A stretch of 64,000 bases of DNA from positions 6,735 through 70,734 of the forward strand of contig JBGAWL010000001.1 of NCBI GenBank assembly GCA_044227625.1, written 5' to 3'. The notes beneath the pieces were generated by a model that saw only the letters and a program-made list of their open reading frames with translations, was not told the DNA's origin and searched no databases. Position 1 is the stretch's first letter, and each line of letters begins with the position of its first letter. The DNA is from Candidatus Saccharimonadales bacterium (GTDB taxonomy: Bacteria; Patescibacteriota; Saccharimonadia; Saccharimonadales; UBA4665). Positions 8,871-18,449 of this stretch are shown here, one piece after another. Position numbers and translations under genes: made by a program.

Positions 8871-9743
8871 TTATTTTTTCAAATATGTTTTAGGCAGTGG
8901 TGCTAATAGCCTGGTGGATTGGACGTATTCCTGCCAGCCCGGACGTTTACGGAGACGCGTTTCTTTGGGTGGGATACCGGAAACGTAGACTATGAGATAG
9001 GTTATGACAGCCGCTCCGCCCAAGCCCACCCAGCCATGTGCGGTACCGAGCGACATGAGCGCAATCCCCCACCACATGGTGAGCTCGCCAAAGTAGTTTG
9101 GGTAGCGCGAATATTTCCAAAGACCGTGGGTCATAAGTTTGCCACGGTTTAATGGGTTCGCTAGAAAGCGTTTTAGCTGCGCATCGGCCAGCGCTTCACA
9201 CCAGAAGCCTACAGCCCATACTAAAACACCCAGCTGCGTCCATATGTTCCACGCCAACTCCTGACTGATGCAAATGTGAATAACCGGTATAGAAACCAAT
9301 AGCGCCAAGAGCGATTGCACACCATATATACGCACATAGGCATTCAGCGCAGGGTTACCGCGCCATTTTTTCATGAGCTCGACATAGCGCTCATCTGTAT
9401 GGGTAGAACGCAAAAAACGCCGCCCAATATGCCATGCCAGCCGAATCCCCCAAACATATACCAAACCAACTACAACGGTCGCCGGGTTTAGCCCAAAATT
9501 GTGTGGGCCGCTCACGAATGCGGCCGTGGCGATAGCAATGAACGTAAGTCCCCAGGCAGTATCCACCAAATCAAACCGCTGCCGAGCAAGCGCGGCCGCA
9601 AAGAATAGAGTCAGCAGAAGCAAGCCTGCTAGCCAACACAGCGCCATTTTGCTGAATACGTTTCCAAGCATGCCATAACGAACAAGTGTCGCAACAGACA
9701 AAACCACATACCCGACAAAGAATAGCTGAAGTATTCGTTTCAT
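8871..9743 (-). CDS. DUF1295 / steroid 5-alpha-reductase-like membrane protein
   Basis: Multi-TM protein with C-terminal GLWKYSRYPNYFGELTMWWG, characteristic of DUF1295. I chose the start at Met 9743 (TGATG overlap with the upstream stop); the ORF is open to 9803. Confidence 0.7.
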   Translation of the reverse strand: MKRILQLFFVGYVVLSVATLVRYGMLGNVFSKMALCWLAGLLLLTLFFAAALARQRFDLVDTAWGLTFIAIATAAFVSGPHNFGLNPATVVVGLVYVWGIRLAWHIGRRFLRSTHTDERYVELMKKWRGNPALNAYVRIYGVQSLLALLVSIPVIHICISQELAWNIWTQLGVLVWAVGFWCEALADAQLKRFLANPLNRGKLMTHGLWKYSRYPNYFGELTMWWGIALMSLGTAHGWVGLGGAAVITYLIVYVSGIPPKETRLRKRPGWQEYVQSTRLLAPLPKTYLKK

Positions 9744-10135
9744 CAGCGATGCAGTATAGCGAATGTCACACCCGCGACTGTGGCCGTTAGTAGCGCTCCC
9801 CAAGCAAGGTCAACCACAACAACTTTGGTGGTAAAGCCTTTCATGGTGGCGAGGTTTGTTAAGTCATAGGTAGCATAGGCCACAAAGCCAAACAGCGCCC
9901 CGCGGGTGAGCGCATAGCTAAGTGAGCCCTTTTCAAGAGCCGGCGAGATGACAAATGTCACTACCCCAGCTACGTAAATTGCGTAAAACAATACTGCAGC
10001 CGTCATGTTCGGCTTGTCGAGCAGCAGCTTACCTATTTGCGAACGATAAAATGTTTTCGCGACCGTTCCAAGCCAAATCCAGTCCAGTACCCCCATAACA
10101 CCGCCCGCTACCACAAGTTGCTTGACTAATTCCAT
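9743..10135 (-). CDS. DUF2177 family membrane protein
   Basis: About 130 aa with four TM helices (GVLDWIWLG...). The likely start is MELVKQ at 10135; the ORF is open to 10165. Confidence 0.6.
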   Translation of the reverse strand: MELVKQLVVAGGVMGVLDWIWLGTVAKTFYRSQIGKLLLDKPNMTAAVLFYAIYVAGVVTFVISPALEKGSLSYALTRGALFGFVAYATYDLTNLATMKGFTTKVVVVDLAWGALLTATVAGVTFAILHR

Positions 10136-10216
10136 ATGCCCTCCTTTTGTTTTAGTATACCTCAAGCAGGAATTTTTCGTTTGGCAAAAAAGTTCGTACC
10201 GTCCATACTTAAGCTC

Positions 10217-10615
10217 ATGAACAATGACACTATGCAGTGGTACGATGCGCTCACGAAACCTTCGTGGACCCCAAGTTCCAGCGTTATCGGCACTATCTGG
10301 ACGCTACTGTACCCAATAATAATTGGTGTCAATATTTACGTATGGATACTGTACACGCGAAAGGAAATATCTTTCGCAGTCCTACTCCCTTTTATCATAA
10401 ATGTAGTCGCAAACATTGCATTTACGCCCATTCAGTTTGGGCTGCGCAGCCTTGTAGGGGCAGCAGCGTGCATCCTCATCGTCTGGGCAACTATCATTTG
10501 GTCCATGGCCGCCATTTGGCCGCACAACCGCATCGTTGCGTTCCTATTTATTCCTTACCTTCTGTGGGTTAGCCTTGCTAGCGTCCTCCAGCTAAGCATT
10601 ACCTCCAGCAACTAG
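10217..10615 (+). CDS. TspO/MBR tryptophan-rich sensory protein
   Basis: WYDALTKPSWTPSSSVIGTIWTLLYPII... and five TM helices match the TspO pattern. The likely start is MNNDTMQ at 10217; the ORF is open from 10136. Confidence 0.75.
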   Translation: MNNDTMQWYDALTKPSWTPSSSVIGTIWTLLYPIIIGVNIYVWILYTRKEISFAVLLPFIINVVANIAFTPIQFGLRSLVGAAACILIVWATIIWSMAAIWPHNRIVAFLFIPYLLWVSLASVLQLSITSSN

Positions 10616-11322
10616 CTTTTCTTTTTCATGTAGTGTTGTCGGTCAGCCGGGGACAAATGTTCAATAGCGTAGCGCAAAGCGGTGCGTGGCATATAGTGCG
10701 CATGTCTATTAAGAAAATCGCGTAACAGTTGCTCGTCGCAGCGTTTGCCGACCTCGCGCAGCGTCCAGCCGACAGCTTTGTGCATGAGGTCCTCGCGGTC
10801 ATGCAGCAGCAGCTCGGCAAGCTCCAGCGACGTACTGGGGTCGCCGGCGGCAATATACGGAAACGTGCTGATGATGGCCACGCGCCGCTCCCAGAGACTG
10901 GTGCTCTTTGCCAGGTCATAGAGTTTTTTGCGACGATGTCGCAGATGCTCACCCACTACCGCCCGACAGGTGACGTCCACGAGATCCCAATTGTTCACAT
11001 TTCCCCGCATTAGTTCGGTCATATAGAGGTCATAGATGGCTTTTTTCACTTCATCGCCAGCTTTGGGGTACTGCAAAGTGAGGAGTAATAAGCCCGCCAT
11101 ACGATGTTCGTGTATGGGACTTTCGATGAGTTTTTGTACTTCCGGAAGCGGCAGGTTTCTGTATTCTCGGCACACTTTGCGTATCATCGGCACACGTACA
11201 CCAATAAATTGATCGCCCTCGCCGTACTCCCCCGGCCCCGTCTTGAAAAACCACTGCAAGTTCACCGCATCGGCATCACTGGCGTGCGCCTGAAGCATGA
11301 CCTTAACATCTTCAGCCGTCAT
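10612..11322 (-). CDS. DNA alkylation repair protein (AlkD-like HEAT-repeat family)
   Basis: 236 aa. LQWFFKTGPGEYGEGDQFIGVRVPMIRK...WDLVD...LWERRVAI is the typical PF08713 pattern. Confidence 0.8.
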   Translation of the reverse strand: MTAEDVKVMLQAHASDADAVNLQWFFKTGPGEYGEGDQFIGVRVPMIRKVCREYRNLPLPEVQKLIESPIHEHRMAGLLLLTLQYPKAGDEVKKAIYDLYMTELMRGNVNNWDLVDVTCRAVVGEHLRHRRKKLYDLAKSTSLWERRVAIISTFPYIAAGDPSTSLELAELLLHDREDLMHKAVGWTLREVGKRCDEQLLRDFLNRHAHYMPRTALRYAIEHLSPADRQHYMKKKS

Positions 11323-11843
11323 TGCACCAGTTCCGCTAGTTTACGCGCAGTGTTTACATTGCGAATGGTCATTTGCCGGTACAGCGGTGTGCCGATGATT
11401 TTCAGTAGACTGCTGCGCGCTTGGTATTTACGGTCTATAGAAAAAAGCAATGCACCCTTGGTATAGACCGCCGTTTCTATGTCTGCATTGCAGCCCAGTT
11501 TCATGGCAATAGTAGCATCGTCCACCGCTGGAAATAGGTAGGCGACATCTGATTTCTGCGTCGTGTCGTTTTGCCACCCTTCCGGAATCGCTTCGGCAAT
11601 GCGGCAAATGCGGTCGCCATCGAGGATAAGGAGCGGTATTTCAAACCCAAAGGTTGACAATAGCGTATTCTGAATAGCACTCACATTTGGCTTCTTGAGC
11701 GATTCAAAGATGACATTGCCTGAATTTATGTACGTTTTGACCTCGCTAAACCCGCACTGTTCAAAGACACGCTTCAACTCCGACATGGGCACCTTACGGT
11801 TCCCGCCCACATTGATCCCCCGCAGCAACGCAACATAGCGCAC
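11319..11843 (-). CDS. DUF1697 domain protein
   Basis: The N-terminus MRYVALLRGINVGGNRKVPMSELK is the DUF1697 signature. Confidence 0.75.
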   Translation of the reverse strand: MRYVALLRGINVGGNRKVPMSELKRVFEQCGFSEVKTYINSGNVIFESLKKPNVSAIQNTLLSTFGFEIPLLILDGDRICRIAEAIPEGWQNDTTQKSDVAYLFPAVDDATIAMKLGCNADIETAVYTKGALLFSIDRKYQARSSLLKIIGTPLYRQMTIRNVNTARKLAELVQ

Positions 11844-11844
11844 A

Positions 11845-12531
11845 CTAGTCCTTTTTCACAATCTCACCCATCGGGCGGCGGGTTTTTGACTTAGGTGGGT
11901 CTATGCGGTAGCCGAGAGCAAGCATGACAACAGGCATGTCTTGAGCGGGGTCGATTAGTTTTTTAGCAGCAAGCAAGGTTGTTACTTTTTGAACATTGAA
12001 GCCTTCAATTGCGCACGAATCAATCCCAAGCATTGCTGCCACGGTCATCATATTTGCCATGGCAATGTAGGCCTGACGCGCCGCCCACTCGTGCAGTAGT
12101 TCCGGCGCATCGAGTCTGGCGTAGTCATCAGTAAGCCATTTTTTATAAAATGCCACGTACTCATCCGCTTCTGCCTCGCTCATACCGCGGACAAACTGTA
12201 GCGTCTGCTTGGCAAATGGCGCTTCTGGTGCCATTGCCCCAGATGTCTTGGCGGTAAAAATTATAAAGTGGCTGGCGGTTGGTAGCTGGCCCTGCGCTCC
12301 CCAACAGAGTGGCGTAAGCTCCTTGCGCAACACACCGTTTGCAATGATGATATTCCATGGTTCTAGCCCAAATGAGCTCGGCGACAACCGGGCTACTTCA
12401 AGCAGCAGCTCAAAGTCTTCGTTAGATACAGTTTTTGTAGAGTCAAACCGCTTAGCGGCATGCCGAAAGTTAAAGCCAGCCAAAATCTGTTCGCGCGGTA
12501 CCAAATGAGGTGCGTTGTCCATTCCACTCAT
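11845..12531 (-). CDS. NAD(P)H nitroreductase family protein
   Basis: FRHAAKRFDSTK...ARLSPSSFGLEPW...CAIEGF follows the nitroreductase fold pattern. Confidence 0.8.
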   Translation of the reverse strand: MSGMDNAPHLVPREQILAGFNFRHAAKRFDSTKTVSNEDFELLLEVARLSPSSFGLEPWNIIIANGVLRKELTPLCWGAQGQLPTASHFIIFTAKTSGAMAPEAPFAKQTLQFVRGMSEAEADEYVAFYKKWLTDDYARLDAPELLHEWAARQAYIAMANMMTVAAMLGIDSCAIEGFNVQKVTTLLAAKKLIDPAQDMPVVMLALGYRIDPPKSKTRRPMGEIVKKD

Positions 12532-12588
12532 TCTATATCCCCAGAGGTATACTGTAAATCACTACCCAAGTCCAGTAACTAGCTGCCG

Positions 12589-12990
12589 CTAGTGTTGTCT
12601 GTCTTTCATGGGGTAAACAAACTGTAACCCAGACCAGGTTGAGTCAATGGCAGCGACTTTTACATCAACAAGACCGGTTGTTAGCATATATTCGCGGACG
12701 GTATTGCCGGTCAGGTCGGTCGCAACCTCGGCGGACCGCTTAGGCCATGACACCCACAATTTGCCCGTCTTGGCCAGGAGCGGTAATGCTTGGCCAGACG
12801 AACGAACAAGCTCGTCATGGTTTCTCACGAAGATATGAATAAAATCATACGGCTCTGCCGCACCAAGTGTTATGTCGTCACAAACTTGGGTATAATACGG
12901 TGCTACCTTATCGACATACGAAATTTTTCCTGGTTTATAGCCGATTTTTTGCAGGAGCGGTGTACCGCTATATCCTTCTTGCGCCCTCAT
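12589..12990 (-). CDS. DUF3052 domain protein
   Basis: GYSGTPLLQKIGYKPG near the N-terminus matches DUF3052. Confidence 0.6.
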   Translation of the reverse strand: MRAQEGYSGTPLLQKIGYKPGKISYVDKVAPYYTQVCDDITLGAAEPYDFIHIFVRNHDELVRSSGQALPLLAKTGKLWVSWPKRSAEVATDLTGNTVREYMLTTGLVDVKVAAIDSTWSGLQFVYPMKDRQH

Positions 12991-12991
12991 A

Positions 12992-13222
12992 TTAGATCTG
13001 CAGCATTTTCATTATTTCGTATACCACAAAGGCTGGCCAGACGATGGCTTTGAACACACCGAGCACACCGACCCAGAAACCGCCAGCCGTCGAGACATAA
13101 TATACAACCGCACCTATTAGTCCGAGACTATACACGGCATTGCCGCCATGATTGTACTTGGCGTTATTTTTGCCACGACGGTGGTCGCATTCGCAGGTGC
13201 ATACTTTATTTGACTGTTTCAT
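12992..13222 (-). CDS. Small Cys-rich membrane protein (hypothetical)
   Basis: 76 aa. N-terminal CTCECDH motif followed by two hydrophobic helices. Tightly packed between neighbouring genes. Confidence 0.4.
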   Translation of the reverse strand: MKQSNKVCTCECDHRRGKNNAKYNHGGNAVYSLGLIGAVVYYVSTAGGFWVGVLGVFKAIVWPAFVVYEIMKMLQI

Positions 13223-13584
13223 ATCCCTCCTTTTTGTACTGTTAATTGCTTGACGCGATATAAAACCACTCGTCTCACAAGATCAACAGGCAGGGGTTGG
13301 TTGTGCGGAAACTGAACCGAACCCTTACCTTGTTTGTACTTTGCAAATTCAGCCTTGAAGGCCTCATTACCGTTTGGTGTTGCATAAAACCCGATATGGT
13401 TTTCGTAGCCCGCAAAGTAAACCAATGGCTTGCCATGTAGTTTGTACGCCGGCATACCATACGCAATCGACTCCTCGGCTTCTGGCGCCGCACTTCTAAC
13501 AATCTGCCGCATTTGCTCAAGCCGACGGCGCGTCTCACCATCAAACTCGGCTATATAGGTACCGACCGTGTCTTTCACTGTCAT
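13219..13584 (-). CDS. DUF1801 (YdhG-like) domain protein
   Basis: ESIAYGMPAYKLHGKPLVYFAGYENHIGFY is the typical DUF1801 core. Confidence 0.7.
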   Translation of the reverse strand: MTVKDTVGTYIAEFDGETRRRLEQMRQIVRSAAPEAEESIAYGMPAYKLHGKPLVYFAGYENHIGFYATPNGNEAFKAEFAKYKQGKGSVQFPHNQPLPVDLVRRVVLYRVKQLTVQKGGI

Positions 13585-14003
13585 ACCGGCCTCTCGAAGC
13601 CCGGATTTTTGGCAGCTATTTGGATGACTTTCTTCAGCGCGTCTAAGTTAATGTCTTCGGCTTTTTTGAAACGAATGCAGCTTTTTCCTACACTAACCTT
13701 ACCCAGTTCCGACTTGTGAGTTTCTGCAACGTACCGTCCATCTACAACCGCGCAGACATAAATGCTCAAGTAGTTTTTCTGGTTTGCGAGTGCTACGACC
13801 GGCCACTCTATGAGCTGTTTTTTATAGTCGCGGTATGGAAAACTGCCATAACCAATCATGTTATGAGCAAAGTGCGGTCGCAGTTCTGGTGCCGCCTGCT
13901 GTATAAACTCATGCAGCATGTGAACGAGTTCGCTTCGTTCCGGAGGTACTGCCGCAAGATATTCTTCAACCGACTGAGCGCTATGAGGGGCGAACATGTT
14001 CAT
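13581..14003 (-). CDS. DUF1801 domain protein (second, divergent copy)
   Basis: VEEYLAAVPPERSELVHMLHEFI... shows DUF1801-like organisation. Translationally coupled to the downstream paralogue. Confidence 0.55.
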   Translation of the reverse strand: MNMFAPHSAQSVEEYLAAVPPERSELVHMLHEFIQQAAPELRPHFAHNMIGYGSFPYRDYKKQLIEWPVVALANQKNYLSIYVCAVVDGRYVAETHKSELGKVSVGKSCIRFKKAEDINLDALKKVIQIAAKNPGFERPV

Positions 14004-14143
14004 GGTTTTCTCCTGATTACAACCGTATACCCATTCTCGGTTCCATTATATATGTTGAAGCCGAAAAACATCTGCGAGAATTCTTACTTACTATTTCTCA
14101 GCAAATACGCTAGCATGGTATTTAGTAAGTAAGAGGAGGAACT

Positions 14144-14788
14144 ATGAAACCAAAGATATTACTTTCCATTATTGCCATGGTGGTTGTCGTGGGCGGAGCG
14201 GGCTTTATCCTCATGAACAAAGATGACACCAAGACAGACAGCTCAAACAAAAGTTCAGCAAGTCAGCAAAAGAATACCACCACTTCAGACTCACCAAAGA
14301 TTCCGTTTAAAGCTGTTGGGAAGCTAGCCGATTGCTCGACGTACACATTTGCAGAGCTGGCGCCAGTGTGGGGTGTTACTTTTACTGACGACGACAATAG
14401 CACCGCAAAAGTCAGCGAGATAACCGGACCAAACACAAAACAATTTGAGTGCGATTACAACGAAACAGACAGTGGTAAGGGCGTGACGTTCGTTATTTCC
14501 TACCGGCAGTACGCCGATGAGGCTGCTGCCAAAACTGAAATGAATAGCATACGCAGCACCGAAAAATACGGCGACACCGTTTATTACCTGAAGGAAGACA
14601 AGTCTGGTGTGGGCGATGAAGCCTTTTTCTGGTCACGAAACCGCACGGACGGTAGCAAAGAAGCGAACCAGCAACTTTATGTTCGGAATAGTAATGTCGT
14701 ATTCCTGCTGTCTGGCGTCAACCTAGACGGTGTAGATGCAAGCTACAAAGATAAACTAGCCGCTTCGTACAAACTGCACTTCGAATAA
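14144..14788 (+). CDS. Hypothetical exported / membrane-anchored protein
   Basis: Strong SD (AAGAGGAGGA), an N-terminal TM/signal helix and a Ser/Thr-rich linker. No family recognised. Confidence 0.55.
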   Translation: MKPKILLSIIAMVVVVGGAGFILMNKDDTKTDSSNKSSASQQKNTTTSDSPKIPFKAVGKLADCSTYTFAELAPVWGVTFTDDDNSTAKVSEITGPNTKQFECDYNETDSGKGVTFVISYRQYADEAAAKTEMNSIRSTEKYGDTVYYLKEDKSGVGDEAFFWSRNRTDGSKEANQQLYVRNSNVVFLLSGVNLDGVDASYKDKLAASYKLHFE

Positions 14789-14801
14789 AAACTAATATTT
14801 T

Positions 14802-15845
14802 CTAACGCTTTAGCAAATTGCGCTGCGTCAGTTCGTTGCCTATATTTGCGCGTATGCGGTCACGCAGCTGAACCAGTTCGGGGTAGTCGTAGAGTGAGAG
14901 TATTTTCTGGCTTTTTTCGCTTGTGTCAGCTGGTTTCGCACGTAGTACAAAGTACGCCCACGTTTCCGCCAAGTCTTCAATGGGGTTTGTGGCGGCATAT
15001 TCGGTAACGAAAGCATCTTCTTTGCCTTGGTAAAATGTCGTAACTTCGCCTTGATCGTCACCGTAATTACCTGGGACGCTGGAACCATATTTAGCCCAGA
15101 AACGAGACTCAAAATTTGCTAGGTAAGACCCTGCTTTTGTGCAACCTTCGGGTATTTCCAACCTAGGGCAGCTCCCGCTCACTCGTTCTACCTGAGTCGT
15201 GTTGAGGGTGACAATGTGACCAAACTCGTGCACCATGGTATGTATAAGGTCCTTTCGGTCGTCCATAAACGCAGCGTTGACATTCATGTGCCATTTGGCC
15301 GGGTTATCTTGACTCTGCCACACAGAAGCTGCGCTGTCGTTATTTGCATCAGAGAACACCTCAAACGTCAGCAACCTTTCGCTGATGGTTTGCTTGCTCG
15401 CTACCCGGGTGAATAACTGCCATAGTTCAGCATCACGGCTACGTGGTTGCGGCGAAAGCTCCTGCGATGTAGTGACCGTATATACTTTGCCCCGCGTTTC
15501 CGAGCCGGTTTCCTCGAGGGTGTACTGTTTTGTGGGTTGGTCGTTTGTATTTTGGGGTTGCTCGACAGCAGGCTGAGGCTTAGGTTTTGTCGGAGCCACT
15601 TTTGCTTGAGAGCCTTCAAAATAGCTATCAAGTTCTGCATTTATCTTCTGCTCAATCGCCGCGCATTCTTCATCTGTTTCACAGTCGTAATAGCAAGAGC
15701 CACCTTTTTCATCATATTGCTCATAACTGGTGCAGTCTTCTTGGCTCAAGCGATCTTGTGGAGAATTCCCGCCAAATAACCATAGCGTTCCTCCTGTCAT
15801 GACCAAGAGAACTCCTGCTACAATCCACAATTTTTTTGACCGCAT
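14802..15845 (-). CDS. Putative secreted zinc metalloprotease (HExxH)
   Basis: 347 aa. N-terminal signal/TM helix, HEFGH zinc motif, and a downstream IEDLAETWAYF segment. The precise family was not recognised. Confidence 0.55.
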   Translation of the reverse strand: MRSKKLWIVAGVLLVMTGGTLWLFGGNSPQDRLSQEDCTSYEQYDEKGGSCYYDCETDEECAAIEQKINAELDSYFEGSQAKVAPTKPKPQPAVEQPQNTNDQPTKQYTLEETGSETRGKVYTVTTSQELSPQPRSRDAELWQLFTRVASKQTISERLLTFEVFSDANNDSAASVWQSQDNPAKWHMNVNAAFMDDRKDLIHTMVHEFGHIVTLNTTQVERVSGSCPRLEIPEGCTKAGSYLANFESRFWAKYGSSVPGNYGDDQGEVTTFYQGKEDAFVTEYAATNPIEDLAETWAYFVLRAKPADTSEKSQKILSLYDYPELVQLRDRIRANIGNELTQRNLLKR

Positions 15846-15876
15846 GCTACTCCTTTGCCATTACTATTTCTGGCGA

Positions 15877-16443
15877 TTATACGGTATTGTCTTGACCTAA
15901 AGAAGCCTTTTTTAGAATTCTTTTGCGGTATTCACTCGCTACCATAAATGTTTTAGTATCATGCACCCTGTCTACAAATAGAACTCCTTGTAGGTGTTCG
16001 GTTTCGTGCTGAAAAACGTGCGCCACTAAGCCCGAGAGTTCTTCGTCATGTGCCCTTCCGCCTTCATCGAGCCACTGCGCCTGGATGCGCTTGTACCGCA
16101 GCGTTTGACCAAATAAAACGGTACTACCACTTCCAGCGCTAAGACATCCCTCCCATGTGCGCACCCTCCGTCCTACACCAGTAAACCGCGGATTGATTAC
16201 GACGCTTCGGTACGGTTCAGCCTTTGGACGATGTTTCGTTGGCCGAATGTCCATAACGGCAAGCGCCACCGACACACCGACCTGAGGTGCCGCAAGCCCA
16301 ACGCCACCTTTCACCTCATTTGTCTTGAGCATATCTGTTATAAGGTGCCGAATTTCACTTGATTTGATTTCTGCGACCGTTAGTTCACGCGCAACTTGCC
16401 GGAGCAACGGGTCTCCGAGCTGTGTCAGGCGCAACGCTTTCAT
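15877..16443 (-). CDS. def: Peptide deformylase
   Basis: All three deformylase motifs are present: GVGLAAPQVG, EGCLS, HETEHLQG. The likely start is MKALRL at 16443; the ORF is open to 16494. Confidence 0.88.
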   Translation of the reverse strand: MKALRLTQLGDPLLRQVARELTVAEIKSSEIRHLITDMLKTNEVKGGVGLAAPQVGVSVALAVMDIRPTKHRPKAEPYRSVVINPRFTGVGRRVRTWEGCLSAGSGSTVLFGQTLRYKRIQAQWLDEGGRAHDEELSGLVAHVFQHETEHLQGVLFVDRVHDTKTFMVASEYRKRILKKASLGQDNTV

Positions 16444-17003
16444 GGTATGACCGTTTCGCCATGAACTGGCTTTTTTAGTGAGTACTGCCCGCAAGGATAT
16501 TGCTGAAAACTACTTACGTTGCTTACCAAAAATTCGTATAAATCAATGATGTCGCGTAAACACACTCCTTCTTCCGCAAGACTGCGTAGCTCGGCTAGGG
16601 TACACCAGCGAACGTCTGTCGATTCTCCGCTCGCGACACTGCCGCTCGGCCTGTCGGCCGCGACAAAACCGTAGCACCAGTCGGAGTGAAAGTGGCCGTT
16701 GCCGACATTGTGCGTGTTTGAAGAAAAGGGTGCAGGATGCACCACAGCAGTCTCCAAATGAGGCGGCTGCAGAACCTGTAATACACTTAGCTCAGAGACT
16801 TGGTAGCCACTTTCGTCACGAATTTCATGCATGAGTGTTTGCCATGGTGTTTCGTCTAGTTCGACGTGGCCGCCCACCTGCATAAGTTTGCCTGCCTTGC
16901 GGTGCATGTGCACCAAACATTTCCAGTCATCGCCCTCGCGCCGAATTATGTACGCACTCACCGTCATATCGTGCTGCCCAGGTGCTGTGTGTATATGCGG
17001 CAT
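16440..17003 (-). CDS. NUDIX hydrolase
   Basis: Nudix box GGHVELDETPWQTLMHEIRDESGY. The likely start is Met at 17003 (MPHIHT), overlapping the upstream stop. The long N-terminal extension in the ORF track looks spurious. Confidence 0.75.
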   Translation of the reverse strand: MPHIHTAPGQHDMTVSAYIIRREGDDWKCLVHMHRKAGKLMQVGGHVELDETPWQTLMHEIRDESGYQVSELSVLQVLQPPHLETAVVHPAPFSSNTHNVGNGHFHSDWCYGFVAADRPSGSVASGESTDVRWCTLAELRSLAEEGVCLRDIIDLYEFLVSNVSSFQQYPCGQYSLKKPVHGETVIP

Positions 17004-17893
17004 TATTCCCTGCCTCTCCACGTTATAAAGTAGATGCTTATAAGTACAATTACCGAACCAATAAATTTTTCCAAACTGTAGTGTTCGTTCAGCAGAAAAA
17101 CACCAGCAAGTGATGCCGGTACTATCTGCGCATTTACAAGTACAATCGCGTGGTTCGCATTCACTAAGTGAACAGTGGCTGCGAAGCTTCTCATCGTCAG
17201 CCAGAAACATAGCGAAGATACGACTGTCCACAGCCCAACTAATGAGAAGATGTTTATTGAATGAAAGAACAATACATACACAAAGCCCGCAATCACCGCT
17301 ACAAGAAAAACCCGTAAATCTGGGATGATAGCGGAATCATGTCTTTGCATTAAGCTTCTTGATAATACGTTTCCTAGCCCGAAAAATATAATGCCAATTA
17401 GGATAATCAGGTCGCCCCTAAGAAAGCTTATGGCTTGCACGCCCACGATGGCAACATAAAGTCCCACAAACATACCAACTACCCACCATTTTTGACGTGT
17501 GGTTATACTTTCTTTAAGGAATAAAGTAGAAAACACCATTGTGGCAACAATACTACCCGTCACAAGCAACGACGCGTGTATAGACGTGGTATAGCGCTGA
17601 CCCATCAAAAGCAATAACATACCCGCTAGACCATAGATACAAAGTAGTAATATTCTGTAACGGTCCTGCCAAATGCTTCTCATTTTTCTTTTATTGTATT
17701 TTTGCATTAGTGACAGGCCGGCAAATATACCAGCGAGAGCATTGAAAAGAAATGCAAATGCGAGGGAATCTACTGTAAGCTCTGTATAAATATATCTGTT
17801 AATCACAAGGTAGCTCGCAAAGAAAAACGCCGACAGAAGCCCCGTCGTAACCCCTTTTGTATTGTTAGACAGCCCTAGCCATCTTTGTTTCAT
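17003..17893 (-). CDS. EamA/DMT family transporter
   Basis: 296 aa, about 10 TM helices, with the two-fold EamA-like repeat organisation. Confidence 0.7.
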   Translation of the reverse strand: MKQRWLGLSNNTKGVTTGLLSAFFFASYLVINRYIYTELTVDSLAFAFLFNALAGIFAGLSLMQKYNKRKMRSIWQDRYRILLLCIYGLAGMLLLLMGQRYTTSIHASLLVTGSIVATMVFSTLFLKESITTRQKWWVVGMFVGLYVAIVGVQAISFLRGDLIILIGIIFFGLGNVLSRSLMQRHDSAIIPDLRVFLVAVIAGFVYVLFFHSINIFSLVGLWTVVSSLCFWLTMRSFAATVHLVNANHAIVLVNAQIVPASLAGVFLLNEHYSLEKFIGSVIVLISIYFITWRGRE

Positions 17894-18384
17894 TGTATTC
17901 TTTCAAGTTTAGCAAAACCTTTTTTGATGGCAATAATTTCGGGGTCATTTGCGTCTTTGGGGTCTTCGTATGATTGCTCTAGCTCATCTTCTGGAAACCA
18001 GCGGTAATCGCTGTGGTCTTCAGGATTAACCTGAATGTCTTCAAGCGGGTCAATGAACTGGGCAAAGTAAATTACTTCTATAGAATGAGATTTCTTCACC
18101 TCGTTCAGGTAGGTAAATGCATCCAGCACTTCGCCAATATGTACGTGCATGCCAAACTCTTCCAAAACCTCGCGTGCCAGTCCTTCACGCATATCTTCGC
18201 CGTAGTCTATGTGTCCGCCGGGTAGTTCCCACACACCGGGCAAAAACTTTTTCGTGTCCGCACGGCGCGCCAAAAAGACCTGTTTTATCCCATTCTCTTC
18301 AAGCCATATGAACGCACAGGCAGTAAACACCTGCTGCCCTTCTGCCAATGTCTCACTATCGTGCTGTACTTTGCTGCGCATCAC
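17890..18384 (-). CDS. NUDIX hydrolase
   Basis: Nudix box GVWELPGGHIDYGEDMREGLAREVLEEFG. Confidence 0.8.
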   Translation of the reverse strand: MMRSKVQHDSETLAEGQQVFTACAFIWLEENGIKQVFLARRADTKKFLPGVWELPGGHIDYGEDMREGLAREVLEEFGMHVHIGEVLDAFTYLNEVKKSHSIEVIYFAQFIDPLEDIQVNPEDHSDYRWFPEDELEQSYEDPKDANDPEIIAIKKGFAKLERIQ

Positions 18385-18449
18385 CGCGCTCGTATCTTTC
18401 TGCGGATTTCATCTTTTTTCACTGACTCCATGATAGACTACTATGCATC

